Of a DNA stretch of 64,000 nt, positions 39,475 through 49,910 are shown piece by piece (positions within the stretch are counted from its first letter, which is position 1; each line of letters opens with the position of its first letter). Both the position numbers and the translations under genes were made by a program. The notes beneath the pieces were generated by a model that did no database searches, was not told the DNA's origin, and saw only the letters and a program-made list of their open reading frames with translations. This stretch comes from an uncultured archaeon (GTDB lineage Archaea > Thermoproteota > Nitrososphaeria > Nitrososphaerales > Gagatemarchaeaceae): contig CAWCYD010000003.1 in the NCBI GenBank assembly GCA_963799775.1, positions 1,984,001 through 2,048,000 on the forward strand. Direction: 5' to 3'.

Positions 39475-40690
39475 TATGCAACTCAACTCGTGGGACGTGA
39501 AGGCCATCAAGGGAGTCAAGTTCGCCTACAAGCCCACGCCTCGCTCCCTCGAACTACTCTCGGCTTTCAAAGGGATGGTCAACGATGCAATCAGAATCTG
39601 CCTTAACGAGAACGTCAGAGGACGATTGAGGCTAAGAGACAGGATCTACAGGGAATTCCAAGAAAGCTACGGAGTCGTGTCCTGCTTTCCATATTCGGTC
39701 GCTGAGGTCGCGTGGTCCATCGTCAAGAAGCACAGGCGGTGGCACCGAAGGCCGTACGCGAAGCGACTGGTGTTCAAGATGGATGCAGCGAACTACTCGC
39801 TCAACTACTCGATACTTTCACTGCCGTTCCAGAAAGCTGAACGGCGAATACTGATCCCATTGCAATACGGCGAATACCAGCGGTCGTTCCTGATGGACAA
39901 GACATTGAAGCGGGGCTCGGTGACATTGACAGAGTCGTCAATAGTCATTGCTTTCTCTAAGGAGACGCCGACCATGGAGCCTTCCAGGAAGGTCGGCTAC
40001 GACCTAAACGAGAAATCAATCGTCGGGAGCGATGGAGACCTTGTACGACCTCTCAGAGGTTGCAAGATTGCACACGCTCTATGGGGTCCGGCGCTCCAGA
40101 TTCTATGAGAGGCACCCTAACGACAGACGATTAAAGAAGAAGTTCGCATCATCAAGAAGAGAGAAGGAAAGGGTCAGTCAGGAACTCCATTGGGTCTCGA
40201 CGCTAATCGTCGAGAAGGCAAGGGCTAACAACGAAGCGATCGTTCTCGAGAGGCTAAAGGGAATCAGATGTGCTCACAAGAAGGGGAACGGAGAAGGAAG
40301 GGCCACAAGACGCAGGATCGCTCTCTGGCCATTCAGGCAGCTGCAATCATACATCGATTATAAGGCGAAGTGGGCTGGAGTGCCAATCGAATACGTCTCT
40401 GCGGCCTATACCTCGAAGACGTGTCATCTTTGTGGCTACATCAATCGGAAGCTGAAGATCACCGATAGGAGCTGGCTATGCCCTCGTTGTGGTGCTAAGC
40501 TCGAACGCGACCCGAATTCGGCAGTCAATATCGAGGGTCGTGGGAAGATAAGATGTCTGGGTGAGGCTCACTCAGGAGCGCGAGGCATGCATGAAGCTAT
40601 GAAGGGGAACGAGACGACGACGGCTCCAATCCTCCGAGCAGAAGCCTCGAAGCCAGGTCTACGAAACATCCTGTAGACTTAACAGAGCCA
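39475..40690 (+). mobile_element. Non-autonomous tnpB-only IS200/IS605-superfamily element, ends approximate
   Basis: Lower-GC tnpB without tnpA; 3' hairpin GTCTAC-N10-GTAGAC at 40657-40678. Confidence 0.55.
39476..40676 (+). CDS. tnpB: TnpB/Cas12f-like RNA-guided nuclease (frameshift near 40037; probable start GTG 39497)
   Basis: RuvC-I VGYDLNE, RuvC-II IVLERL, TSKTCHLCG...CPRCG zinc finger, RuvC-III ERDPNSAVNI. Confidence 0.88.
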
Positions 40691-40820
40691 ATAGAAATCC
40701 GCCGCATTCGCGGGACCGATTTTTGCCTATAAACAATCTCCGGCCAGTGTGTCGACTGGCCCGTCGCTCGAAACAAAGCTCATTTACAGGGCGATGGGAA
40801 ACGCACGCTCGCGTTTTCTC

Positions 40821-41868
40821 TTGAAGCTGGCCGTCTACGGTCCGCAGCGCCTGGGCCTTGTCATCGGCGACAAGGTCGTCGACATGCAGAAGGCGACCGC
40901 GGCCTATCTCGCCTCACAAGGCTCGGGCTCCCGCTCATCAGACGAGGCTGAGGAGGTCGTGGGGCACACGCTGCGGGCCTTCATCGAGGGGGGCGCCCGG
41001 TCTCTCAAGATGGCAAGGGTGGTCCAGGCCTACGCGAGAGACGAGCTCGAGGTGATGAGGGGCGAACGCGGCGAGAAGATTGCCTTCCGGATGGGCGGGG
41101 CGAAGCTCCGCGCCCCCGTCACGGACAGCTACAGGTTCAAGGTCATGTGCATCGGCGCGAACTTCGCTGACCATTTCGTCGGGCTCTCGAAGAACTCTCC
41201 CGCGTCTATAGGGGGCGAGAAGAAGGCCATGACGCTCGAAGAAGCGCGGGCACACGCGCTGGGTCTCCCACCGTGGGGCTTCTACAAGATGGGGAGCAGC
41301 ATAGCAAACCCCGGCGACGAGGTGCCCCTACCCTTCAAGGGCTAAGCTGCTCGACTACGAAGGGGAGGTCGCCCTGATCATAGGGAAGCGGGGGAAGGAC
41401 ATCAAGCGAGTCGACCTCCAAGACTACGTCTTCGGCTACACCCTCTTCAACGACTTCTCGCTGCGCGACAACATGGACAAAGGCGTGATGAACTTCGCCA
41501 GGGTGAAGAACTTCCAAGGCTCGGGGGCGCTCGGGCCCATAGTGACGCTCAAGGACGAGGCCCCCGACCCGCAGGGCATCGACTTCTCGACAACTGTCAA
41601 CGGGGAGCTCAGGCAGAGGGGAAACACGAAGGACATGATCCGGGGGTTCGGGGAGTGGATCGAGTTCCTCTCGGCGGACTCCGAGCTCAACCCGGGAGAC
41701 GTGATAGCCTCCGGGACTTGCGCGGGGACGGCCGCGGACAGCAGCAAGAGAGACAAGGAAGGCAACCCTGACCCTGAGAGGTTCCTGAAGGCGGGCGACG
41801 TCGTAGAGGTCTCCTCGAAGATGCTCGGGGCGACGCTTAGGAACAAGATAGTGGCGAAGCCGCGCTAG
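40821..41868 (+). CDS. Fumarylacetoacetate hydrolase family protein (frameshift near 41325)
   Basis: MCIGANFADH, LDYEGEVA in shifted frame, GYTLFNDFSLRD, PGDVIASGT. Confidence 0.88.
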
Positions 41869-41890
41869 ACTCTCGGGTTTCCAGCCGTTT

Positions 41891-42493
41891 TCAAGCCTTG
41901 GAAATCTCGGTGTACGCCTCTCTCATCGCATCGATGCTCTTCTCTAGCGCGGCGCCCAGCGAGGCGAGGGTCTTGCGCGGCTCCACAAGGGCCGCGATCG
42001 TGAAGACGAGCATCCCGCGCGACCCGACCCGCTTCAGCTCGAGGTGCACGCGTCTCTTCTTGGCAATCCTTGAGATCTCGGATTCGTATCTCTTGATTCT
42101 CTCCATCACGATGGGATACTTCTGCTCCAAGTCCCTCTGGAACACGGGGTCCTTCTCGAGCCTGGAGTAGTCGATGTCGAGGGACTGGTTCACCCCCTCC
42201 TCCCCATAAGCGAGCTCTATCCAGTCGATCGTGTCGCCGACCGCCAAGGACTCGAGCCACATCCCCACGCGCTTCTCCTTCCACACGGTGTTGAGGTAGG
42301 GCGCCCTGCCGATCTCGTCCTTGTTCCTGCACCTCATGAACCACTCCAGGCGCTCCAACGAGAGGGGGAAACCGGGGTGGGGCTCGACTATCTCGAAGTG
42401 GACCCCGGTCGCTTTGGAGACTGTCTCCCTGACGAACTCCTTCTCGTTTGTCTTCGTCATCTTGCTTCGCCCAGTCGCGGCGGCTTTCTTCAT
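41891..42493 (-). CDS. Hypothetical soluble protein
   Basis: 200-aa ORF with host-like codon usage. Confidence 0.7.
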   Translation of the reverse strand: MKKAAATGRSKMTKTNEKEFVRETVSKATGVHFEIVEPHPGFPLSLERLEWFMRCRNKDEIGRAPYLNTVWKEKRVGMWLESLAVGDTIDWIELAYGEEGVNQSLDIDYSRLEKDPVFQRDLEQKYPIVMERIKRYESEISRIAKKRRVHLELKRVGSRGMLVFTIAALVEPRKTLASLGAALEKSIDAMREAYTEISKA

Positions 42494-42614
42494 GGGTTTC
42501 CAGTCATTGGGGGTGTCTCTGACTATTAGCCCTTATCCAAAGAAAGAGCACTCTGCTCAGCGCTAGTGAGGTCGTCTTGATTCGGGGTTGACGGCTAAAC
42601 ACAGGTAACGCTGG

Positions 42615-43076
42615 CTACTGCTTCCAAGACAGCGCGAGCGCCCCTCCGACGACGCCCAGAATGGCGCCGAGGAAGAAACCACCCATCCCGATGAAACTTA
42701 CAATCGAAAAGGCCAGTATGAGCGTCCCCCAGGTCGGCGTCTGGGCGGGTTTGCTATAGATCATCGCCGCGCCAATCAGGATGATGATCCCCGAGACGAG
42801 GCCGATAGCGCCCAGCCCATAGAACATCCCTCCTCCCCCAAAGCCTAGTCCGTTCATCATCCCATAATAGCTCCCCATCATCCCCCCATAGTAGCCTCCC
42901 ATCATCCCGCCGTAGTGGTAAGGCGAGCCGCCCGTCGGGAAGGTCGTCATGACCGCGGCGCTGCCGGCGAGTATGCACAACCCCGCTATGAGCGAGAGAA
43001 CGAACGCGGCGGTGGGTCGCTCGACGGTCTTTTCAATCACTGCCGCTTGCGTGGTGCTGCCTGCCATCTTCGACAA
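42615..43076 (-). CDS. Membrane protein with Gly/Met/Tyr-rich repeat loop
   Basis: PTAAFVLSLIAG, YGGMMGGYYGGMMGSYYGMMNG, GAILGVVGGALAL. Confidence 0.8.
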   Translation of the reverse strand: MSKMAGSTTQAAVIEKTVERPTAAFVLSLIAGLCILAGSAAVMTTFPTGGSPYHYGGMMGGYYGGMMGSYYGMMNGLGFGGGGMFYGLGAIGLVSGIIILIGAAMIYSKPAQTPTWGTLILAFSIVSFIGMGGFFLGAILGVVGGALALSWKQ

Positions 43077-43117
43077 TCACTTGATTGTGTTTGGGGAGCC
43101 GACCGTTAATAACCTGA

Positions 43118-43960
43118 GTGGCCGATTCTCGGCTGAGAGAATCATCCTGCCGCAGGTCATGGTCGGGAGTGCCGCGGTGCCACATCATGATTCGGCGCGT
43201 TTCATCGTCAACAACCCTTATCAAGGACCGCGACCGCGAATTTCCCAGTTTGAAGCTCAAGGTAGCCCTCGTGCTCGCAGCGTTGTCACTCCTCGCACTG
43301 GTCCCTCTCGTGCAGGCGACCACGACGAGCAGCTCGAGCGCCCCTTCTACGGGGTCGGTGACCTACAGCGTCCAGGCGACGCTGAACGGGACGAGCAAGG
43401 CAGCGACCGTGACCGAGACGGTGACGTCCGGCGCGACTGCGGGAGACTCGATAGTCATGCTCGCGGTTAGCGGCACGCAGAGCAACTTCACCTACTCGCA
43501 CGTGGTCAACTCGTCTCTGACTCTCCTGCCATACCTGCCTGCCATCACGAACGAGAGCTACTCCTACGCCGGGAAGAACTACAGCGTCGTTGCAAGCATC
43601 TCTCAGCACGGGACATCGCAGGCCACTTTCCAGGGCAAGTCCTACACCCTGACGGACTACTCGTTCTCAGCCACGATCACCACGACGAACGGGACTCAAA
43701 ACATCGCGGGCACCGTCTCCGCCTTCCCGTCAGACCTGGTCTACTCGGTCAGCGCGCATGGGACGAGCTCCAGCGTCACGGCTACACTGACCTCGACCAC
43801 GCTTTCCCTGACCGGCGCGTCGATGTCACCCGCGCTCCAGGCCACTTCCGCAGGCGTGGGTGTCTCTCTCGCGATTGGCGCGGTGGCGCTCTCCCTCGGG
43901 GTCAAATTCAGGAACAAGCCCCAGTCACCCGGGCCCAAGCCCGACCACTGGGTCGACTAG
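43118..43960 (+). CDS. Secreted/membrane-anchored hypothetical protein (start probably later)
   Basis: Signal-like helix, Ser/Thr-rich beta domain, C-terminal TM and KPDHWVD tail. Confidence 0.7.
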   Translation: MADSRLRESSCRRSWSGVPRCHIMIRRVSSSTTLIKDRDREFPSLKLKVALVLAALSLLALVPLVQATTTSSSSAPSTGSVTYSVQATLNGTSKAATVTETVTSGATAGDSIVMLAVSGTQSNFTYSHVVNSSLTLLPYLPAITNESYSYAGKNYSVVASISQHGTSQATFQGKSYTLTDYSFSATITTTNGTQNIAGTVSAFPSDLVYSVSAHGTSSSVTATLTSTTLSLTGASMSPALQATSAGVGVSLAIGAVALSLGVKFRNKPQSPGPKPDHWVD

Positions 43961-44034
43961 ACTCTTCTTCGAATCCGCCTATACTCGATAAACCCAAAAG
44001 CTCTGGTATCCTCAAGAGCGAGTGAAAAGAAAGT

Positions 44035-44976
44035 TTGGACGAGGTCGTCAGCTTCCAGCAGGCGGTCAAGGACTATGGCCCGAAGGTCATAGGCCCCGTC
44101 TCATTCACGGTCACCAGCGGAGAGATCGTCGGGTTCCTCGGCCCCAACGGCTCGGGCAAGTCGACAACGATCCGGATGCTCCTGGGCCTCATCAAGCCAA
44201 CTTCAGGCGTGGTGAGGCTCATGCAGATGGACCCCTTGCGCCAGCACGCCAAGGCCCTCGAGAACGTGGGCTACTCGCCGGAGCTCCCGAACCTCCAGTC
44301 CTTCCTCAGTCCACGAGAGCTCCTCCGACTCACTGCGCGGGAGCTGGGCCTCGACACGGGCGGGGAGACGGCAACGCAGCTAGTCGACATCCTCGAGGAC
44401 GTGGGCCTCGTCCAATACGCGGACTACAAGATAGCGAAGCTGAGCAAGGGCATGGTCCAGAGGCTGAGCGTCGCCCAGGCCCTGGTGGGCACGCCGAGAA
44501 TCCTCATCCTCGACGAGCCGATGATCGGCATCGACCCCGCTGGCGTGGTCCAGTTCCGCTCGCTCTTCCGGGACTTTGTCAAGGACGGCGGGACGATAAT
44601 CATGTCCTCTCACATCCTCTCCGAGGTCGAGTCGCTCTGCACTAGCCTCGCGGTGATCCACTCGGGGAGGATGGTCTTCCGAGGCGACATCCAGGGCTTC
44701 ATCCGCCAGAGCCTGAGCTCGAGGAGCCTCGTCGTCGAGCTGGGTCCGCCAGGCCCAGACCAGCAGCTTGTCCACCGCGTCTCCTCGATAGCGGGCGTGA
44801 AGAAGGTCACCACGACCCCCACGGGCCTCTCGGTCGAGATGGGGAAGGACACCGACCCCAGGGCCGAGATAGCCAAGGCAGTCGTCGAGTCCGGGGGGAG
44901 GCTTCTGGGCCTCCGCTACTCCGGGAGCGAGCTTGACGAGGCCTACATCAGCGCCATAAGGGGGCCTGCCAACTGA
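44035..44976 (+). CDS. ABC-2 exporter ATPase
   Basis: GPNGSGKST, LSKGMVQRL, ILDEP, SSHILSEVE. Confidence 0.93.
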   Translation: MDEVVSFQQAVKDYGPKVIGPVSFTVTSGEIVGFLGPNGSGKSTTIRMLLGLIKPTSGVVRLMQMDPLRQHAKALENVGYSPELPNLQSFLSPRELLRLTARELGLDTGGETATQLVDILEDVGLVQYADYKIAKLSKGMVQRLSVAQALVGTPRILILDEPMIGIDPAGVVQFRSLFRDFVKDGGTIIMSSHILSEVESLCTSLAVIHSGRMVFRGDIQGFIRQSLSSRSLVVELGPPGPDQQLVHRVSSIAGVKKVTTTPTGLSVEMGKDTDPRAEIAKAVVESGGRLLGLRYSGSELDEAYISAIRGPAN

Positions 44977-45816
44977 GGCTCGGAAGGGTCCTGACCTTCG
45001 CCAGGTATGAGGCCCGCCGGGCCGTCGCGAGGAAGAAGGGCATAGCGCTCGTCGCGCTCACGATCCTCATCGGGACAGCGCCCTACTACCTGCTCGACGT
45101 CATCCACACCTCGCTTGTCACGCCGCCTCTCCGGCCCTACATGTGGATACTCGGCGTCTTCCTCCCACAGGCCTTCTTCGTCCAGTTCACGGCCCTCCTG
45201 ATAGCTGCGGGCTCGATGTCCGAGGAGTACGAGCAGGGCACGGCGGAGGTTCATCCTCTCAAAGCCCGTCTCGAGGGAGGAGTACTTCTTCGGCAAGTAT
45301 CTCGGCGGCTACGCCCTCCTCGTCGCGATAATGATACTCGACGCCGTCCTGAGCGTCACCTCCGCGACCTTCGTCTTCGGCCCTCAGACGGACCTTGGCA
45401 TCCTCCCGGAGACCCTGCTCGCACAGGCCTTCGCCGCGACCGTCTTCTACTCCTTCGCCTTCATGTTCGGCGAGCTGCTCCGGAGGTCGTCCCTCTCCTA
45501 CATCATCTCGTCCTCCGTCTTCTTCACCAGCGGTGTGATCGGGGTCTATCTCAACGTCCTCTTCAGCCTCACGGGCAGCGCCATCTATAGGACGGCCAAC
45601 TTCTACCTGCCGACCTCCCCGGTCGACTCGCTCCCGCTCCTCCTCGCGGAGCCGAAGTTCCCCAGCGCCGTCCTCACCATCTTAAGGTTCGGGGCCACCC
45701 CGATAGAGCCCTCGGTGCTCGTCTCTGCCCTCCTGATCGCGGCCTATGCGCTGACCGCGGTCATAATTGCTCTCGCCTACTTCAGCGACAAGGATGTCGC
45801 GAAGCGCGTGACCTAG
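44973..45816 (+). CDS. ABC-2 exporter permease (CTG start; frameshift near 45250)
   Basis: LRLGRVLTFARYEARRAVARKK N-terminus, SEEYEQGTAE, SKPVSREEYFFGKYLG after repair. Confidence 0.82.
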
Positions 45817-46010
45817 AAAGCAACCCGCCGCCACCCTCCGCGCGGCCAGAAGGCCATCGCCAGTCCGATAACGATGAGCGCGATTGCGAGAACCACTCCG
45901 AGGAAACCTAGGACCAGCACAATCAGGTCGAGGAAGACGTGCCGCAGGATGTAGAGGAGCACAAGGCCCACGAGGGCGAGCAAGATTCCGAAGATTGCCT
46001 GGGATCGCAT
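45813..46010 (-). CDS. Small two-TM membrane protein
   Basis: Two hydrophobic helices, basic tail; TTTAATA upstream. Confidence 0.7.
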   Translation of the reverse strand: MRSQAIFGILLALVGLVLLYILRHVFLDLIVLVLGFLGVVLAIALIVIGLAMAFWPRGGWRRVAF

Positions 46011-46090
46011 CTTAGGCCTCCCTCTGCGCGACTCCTCTGTCTATTAAATCGCGCCCGCTCGGATGTTCTCTCGAGTTGTTGTTCGGTGCC

Positions 46091-46543
46091 CTACGGGGTC
46101 ACTGTGGTCGTGACGGTAGTAGTGACCGTCGGCGTGCTGTATGTGCACCTGGTCACGGTGACGGTTTGGGTGTAGCTCGTCGAGGTCGTCGTCATCGTGG
46201 TAGTGGTCGTGGAGGCCGGGGGCGTTGGTCCGACTGTGATCGTGGTGGTGGTCGTTTCAATAGGGCCCAATAAGGTGCAGGCGGTGGTCGGAATAGCATA
46301 ACTCGTCGTAGCCTGGGAGGCCTGCGAAGTGAGGGTCTCCGTCACCGTGACGGTAGCGACCGCGGTGCTGGCTGACGAGGATTGACTCGATGTCGTTGTT
46401 ACATTCAAAGGTGCCGTCGTGATGGCGATGACTCCGACAAGAGCGGCAGTTATTATTCCCAGCGTGACCGCGACTCCGACCTGTCTCTTGTATTCGGCCA
46501 ATCGGCATACCTCGGCTGAACCGTTTGTAGGCCGGGTATACAT
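46091..46543 (-). CDS. Thr-rich membrane-anchored protein
   Basis: TM helix followed by poly-Thr segments. Confidence 0.6.
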   Translation of the reverse strand: MYTRPTNGSAEVCRLAEYKRQVGVAVTLGIITAALVGVIAITTAPLNVTTTSSQSSSASTAVATVTVTETLTSQASQATTSYAIPTTACTLLGPIETTTTTITVGPTPPASTTTTTMTTTSTSYTQTVTVTRCTYSTPTVTTTVTTTVTP

Positions 46544-46628
46544 TACTACAGTTTAGGAGGACGGATTCGGAGCTTGCCAATCCGTAGGAATATATAAGGC
46601 GAATCGGGCTTCTAGAAGACCTCAAGCC

Positions 46629-47066
46629 ATGTCAGCGGCTTCAGGGGGCGATGCCGGCGATGCATCGGACACTGCGCTGAAAGGAACCACGTACAAGGTC
46701 TACCGATACATTGCGAGGCAAAGCAAGCCAGTGGGCATTTCCGATGTCCAAAAGCGACTAGGGCTGTCCTCTCCCTCGGTGTCGCAATATCACATAAGAA
46801 AGCTTGTGCAGCTTGGCTTGGTTCGAGAAGAGCAAGGCGGGTACGTTATCGAAAGAATGGTGCTTGAGAACATCGTTAGGATAGGGAGAATGTCGTTTCC
46901 GGTGCAGACTGGGTACATCGCTTTCTTTGGAATCGCGCTTCTCGTGATGTTGGTGTTTCTACGGCCTGTGGCAATAACTTCTTCGTATGAGTTCGCGGTT
47001 GCCGTAAATGCGACAGCCCTCGCAGTCTCAATCTGGGAGACAAGGAAGAGTCTGAAACGCTTCTAG
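46629..47066 (+). CDS. Winged-helix regulator with two C-terminal TM helices
   Basis: LKGTTYKVYRYI..PVGISDVQKRLGLSSPSVSQYHIRKL; TATATAA box at about 46590. Confidence 0.85.
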   Translation: MSAASGGDAGDASDTALKGTTYKVYRYIARQSKPVGISDVQKRLGLSSPSVSQYHIRKLVQLGLVREEQGGYVIERMVLENIVRIGRMSFPVQTGYIAFFGIALLVMLVFLRPVAITSSYEFAVAVNATALAVSIWETRKSLKRF

Positions 47067-47258
47067 GACTCTAGATTCTTGCGAATGCCATCATGAGGTT
47101 CCGTGCCCAATCATCTCGCGCTGATCATTTGCGTCATTCCTTCCGAAGCGTCAGATCGGAGACCTCGTTACCCAGACTTCAAGTTTTCTGGCTGCTTCGG
47201 CCACGCCAAGGCCGGCCAGCACTTCGCGCCTACGTTTGTCTTTCTGCCCAAGTTCGGG

Positions 47259-48123
47259 TCAATTGTACTGACTGTACGAGAAACTATCTGCGTTGGTGTA
47301 GGTTCCGCTCATCGAGTTCAGATTGCCCGCTTCGCCTGTTGAGAGGTTGGAGCCTCCGCTTACCCATTCTATGCTCCCGCCACTATACGGCGTATTACCC
47401 GAGGTATAGCACGTGTTTGGTGTGACCGTGCTGGTCATGGAAGTAGGACCGAAGCCCGAGACAGACCAGCTTTGGCCCGTTGCCCATACCGCACATGAGT
47501 TGTTACTAAACCCGATTCCGGTGCTGACTTCCCAACTATGCAGCGCTGTCAGGCTGGGAACCCGAATTCGGAGTGCACGCATACGTTCCATTTGCGCTAT
47601 TGTAAAGCTCGAACGAATAGCTTGTGGCACTACTGAAGATTACGTAAAATGTGTCTGCATCGAAGCCGTCCGAGGAGAACAAGGCAAAAGCACAGGTCTG
47701 GGCAGATAAGCAACCGGGCGTACCCGCACCTGTGGCGCAGACAATTATGTCCGCCCCATGATTTATGAAGATAAGCCACTGGGCACCGATGTACGATGAA
47801 TTGGTCGAGTCATAATCCATGACTGTCAACTGAAGACTGAAACAAGGGGTCTCGCTGGCGTTGACGCACGCGATGGTGGTGGGGCCTGAAGAGTCAACCG
47901 AATAATTGTCACTGGTTGTCCATTCCACTTTGGCATAATTTGTCAAAGGTGTGGCGGCTACTTGGTGGGCCACCTGGGCAGGCAGCACCGAAGGTCCCAG
48001 TCCGTAAATAGTGTCAATTGTTTGATGTGTCTGAGCCGACGCACCTGGAGGAATTAGTAATAGTGCTGATACTACTGCAAAGAGACCTACGACCTCCAGT
48101 TTGGATATTGCCCGGCGCATCAT
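47259..48123 (-). CDS. Secreted thermopsin-like protein (one frameshift near 47550-47620; possible pseudogene)
   Basis: RRAIS signal, FSLQLT...IGAQWL, C-terminal STGEAGNL in the second frame. Confidence 0.5.
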
Positions 48124-48244
48124 TCTGTTCGGAAGTAATTTCGTTCTGACGTAAAAGGAAGATTAATCACTGATAAGACAGCTACATAATCAGCTGCTAG
48201 TACAATGTTCTGTAAGAGCACAGGGAAGTCTATCTACTATCGTC

Positions 48245-48604
48245 CTAGACCTCCCCTGTCTCTCGGTATCCCTTCAAAGTATTTTGTATGTAACTGAGTG
48301 CGATCGGGTCACTACACGTGAACTTGTAGGTCTTCTGTAATCGGTTTCCATGAACTTCTGTGGTGACCTCCACTACGAGGTGAAGTCGCAGCAACGAATA
48401 CTCCGGCTCGTATGAGCCTGGTCGGCCGCGAATGACTCCGATAACTTCACTTGGGTAGAGACGTGTCTTGTGACAAATCTCCGAGACAGAAAGCGCATAC
48501 AAACTCTTCATGAGAGTCCAAGCCACCAGACGCCGAACCCGACTTCTTAATGCGATATTCAGCAAACGACGATCGACATTAAAGTCGCGGTGGGTATCAG
48601 ACAT
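48245..48604 (-). CDS. EarA-like (archaellum activator family) winged-helix regulator
   Basis: LRSRVRR...VSEICHKTRLYPSEVIGVIRGRPGSYEPEYSLLRLHLV resembles the EarA family pattern. Confidence 0.6.
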   Translation of the reverse strand: MSDTHRDFNVDRRLLNIALRSRVRRLVAWTLMKSLYALSVSEICHKTRLYPSEVIGVIRGRPGSYEPEYSLLRLHLVVEVTTEVHGNRLQKTYKFTCSDPIALSYIQNTLKGYRETGEV

Positions 48605-48649
48605 GACAAACCCAGAAGCTTGTTCTACTGCCTTTGTATTTACGCATTT

Positions 48650-49633
48650 TCACGAAAATTGAAAGCCGGAAACTGATATTACGGCTAAATCTGGCATGAT
48701 GAGGTCAACGCGTCGTTGAGGCCAACCGGTAATCATGGCGACGCCGAATGCTGTCGCGGTCGTGGCCGGGATCATGTTGACCAAGGGGGATGGAGCGGCC
48801 GCTGCGCCAAGGTCCAGGGTGGTGGTCGACCCCACACGTTCGTGAACACGACCTTCGTGTCCTGCCCTGTCGAAGGGACCGTAACAGAGTAGAGTCCGGT
48901 CAGCGCGGGCGGCAAAGGAGACGGGTAGGCACTTGCGTTGAGCGTGGATTGCGGGGCCATCGTCTCGTTTCCCTCGACGAGCTGGATGCTCGATATCCCG
49001 CCGCTCCATGGCTCGATGTAGAACGACGCCTGATATTCATCAGGGCCGAGCTTCTGCGTCCCGAGGAAGTTGACTCCTCCTCCCTGCGTGTTCACGTACA
49101 GGGTGAGGTTCTCCCCCATCGGCCAGAATCCGTACTGTTGCGATGCGAACGCAGAGGGAATTTGGGGTGCCGTGGTATTGCCTGCAACCCATCCCGACGA
49201 GTTCACAAGTTCCAGGAAGGCGGACGGAGAAACGATTGTCGTGGTGATTAGAAGGTACGCCAGACTGCCCTGGACCATGCTGCACGACCAGAGGGGGATT
49301 GTAGCGTTCGCGTTCAAGGTCGCCCCGTTCAGCGAGTTCGGGATGGAAGAGGGGTGCCGTTCACGAGGACTGGTGTGAAGGTGAAGTTCCCTGAGAGCGA
49401 AGCACCTCCGCTATTATAGAAATCAGCGGGGGGAGGAGGCTCGTCTGGTTCAGGATTACACTCAGCTTTGCTTCGCCGCTGACGGTCATCGTCTGGTTGG
49501 CGGGGTAGAGGTCCGCCAGCAAGGCCGCGAGCGCCTGCGGGTCGTTCCCGAAGACGCGCTCGAAGTTGCCGGTGAGCCAGGTGTCGAGGGGGGCAGGGTT
49601 GTAGATGGTCACGGTGATGAGCGTGCCCTGCAA
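48650..49633 (-). pseudogene. Frameshifted, 5'-truncated fragment of a membrane-anchored surface protein
   Basis: ORFs 49361-49633, 48772-49317 and 48650-49009 join through frame changes into one beta-rich sequence; no clear N-terminus. Confidence 0.5.
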
Positions 49634-49910
49634 CGGATTGCCACTCGAGTCAACCGAGACGATGTTGAGTTTTCCACTCCAGAGGAAGGGAACCAGCCTG
49701 AGAACAATCCAAATCTCCTTTCGAATTGTTTCGGTGAGGATTGCCCCGGCTAGTCGGTTGCCCCTCTAAGTTCAAGGCCGGGTATCGCCTTGACTCACAT
49801 TTCATAGAGTTCCTGCTCGGCCTTGGTTCTAGCCATCTTGCCGGAGCGGCCGAGCCTAGAACTCCAACAATCCTCAATCGTGAGATGGATGCGCAGCATG
49901 AGGGCTTTAA

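Noticed and set aside
39476-40760. Type V CRISPR-Cas (Cas12f) locus
   Set aside because: No repeat-spacer array or cas1/cas2/cas4 nearby
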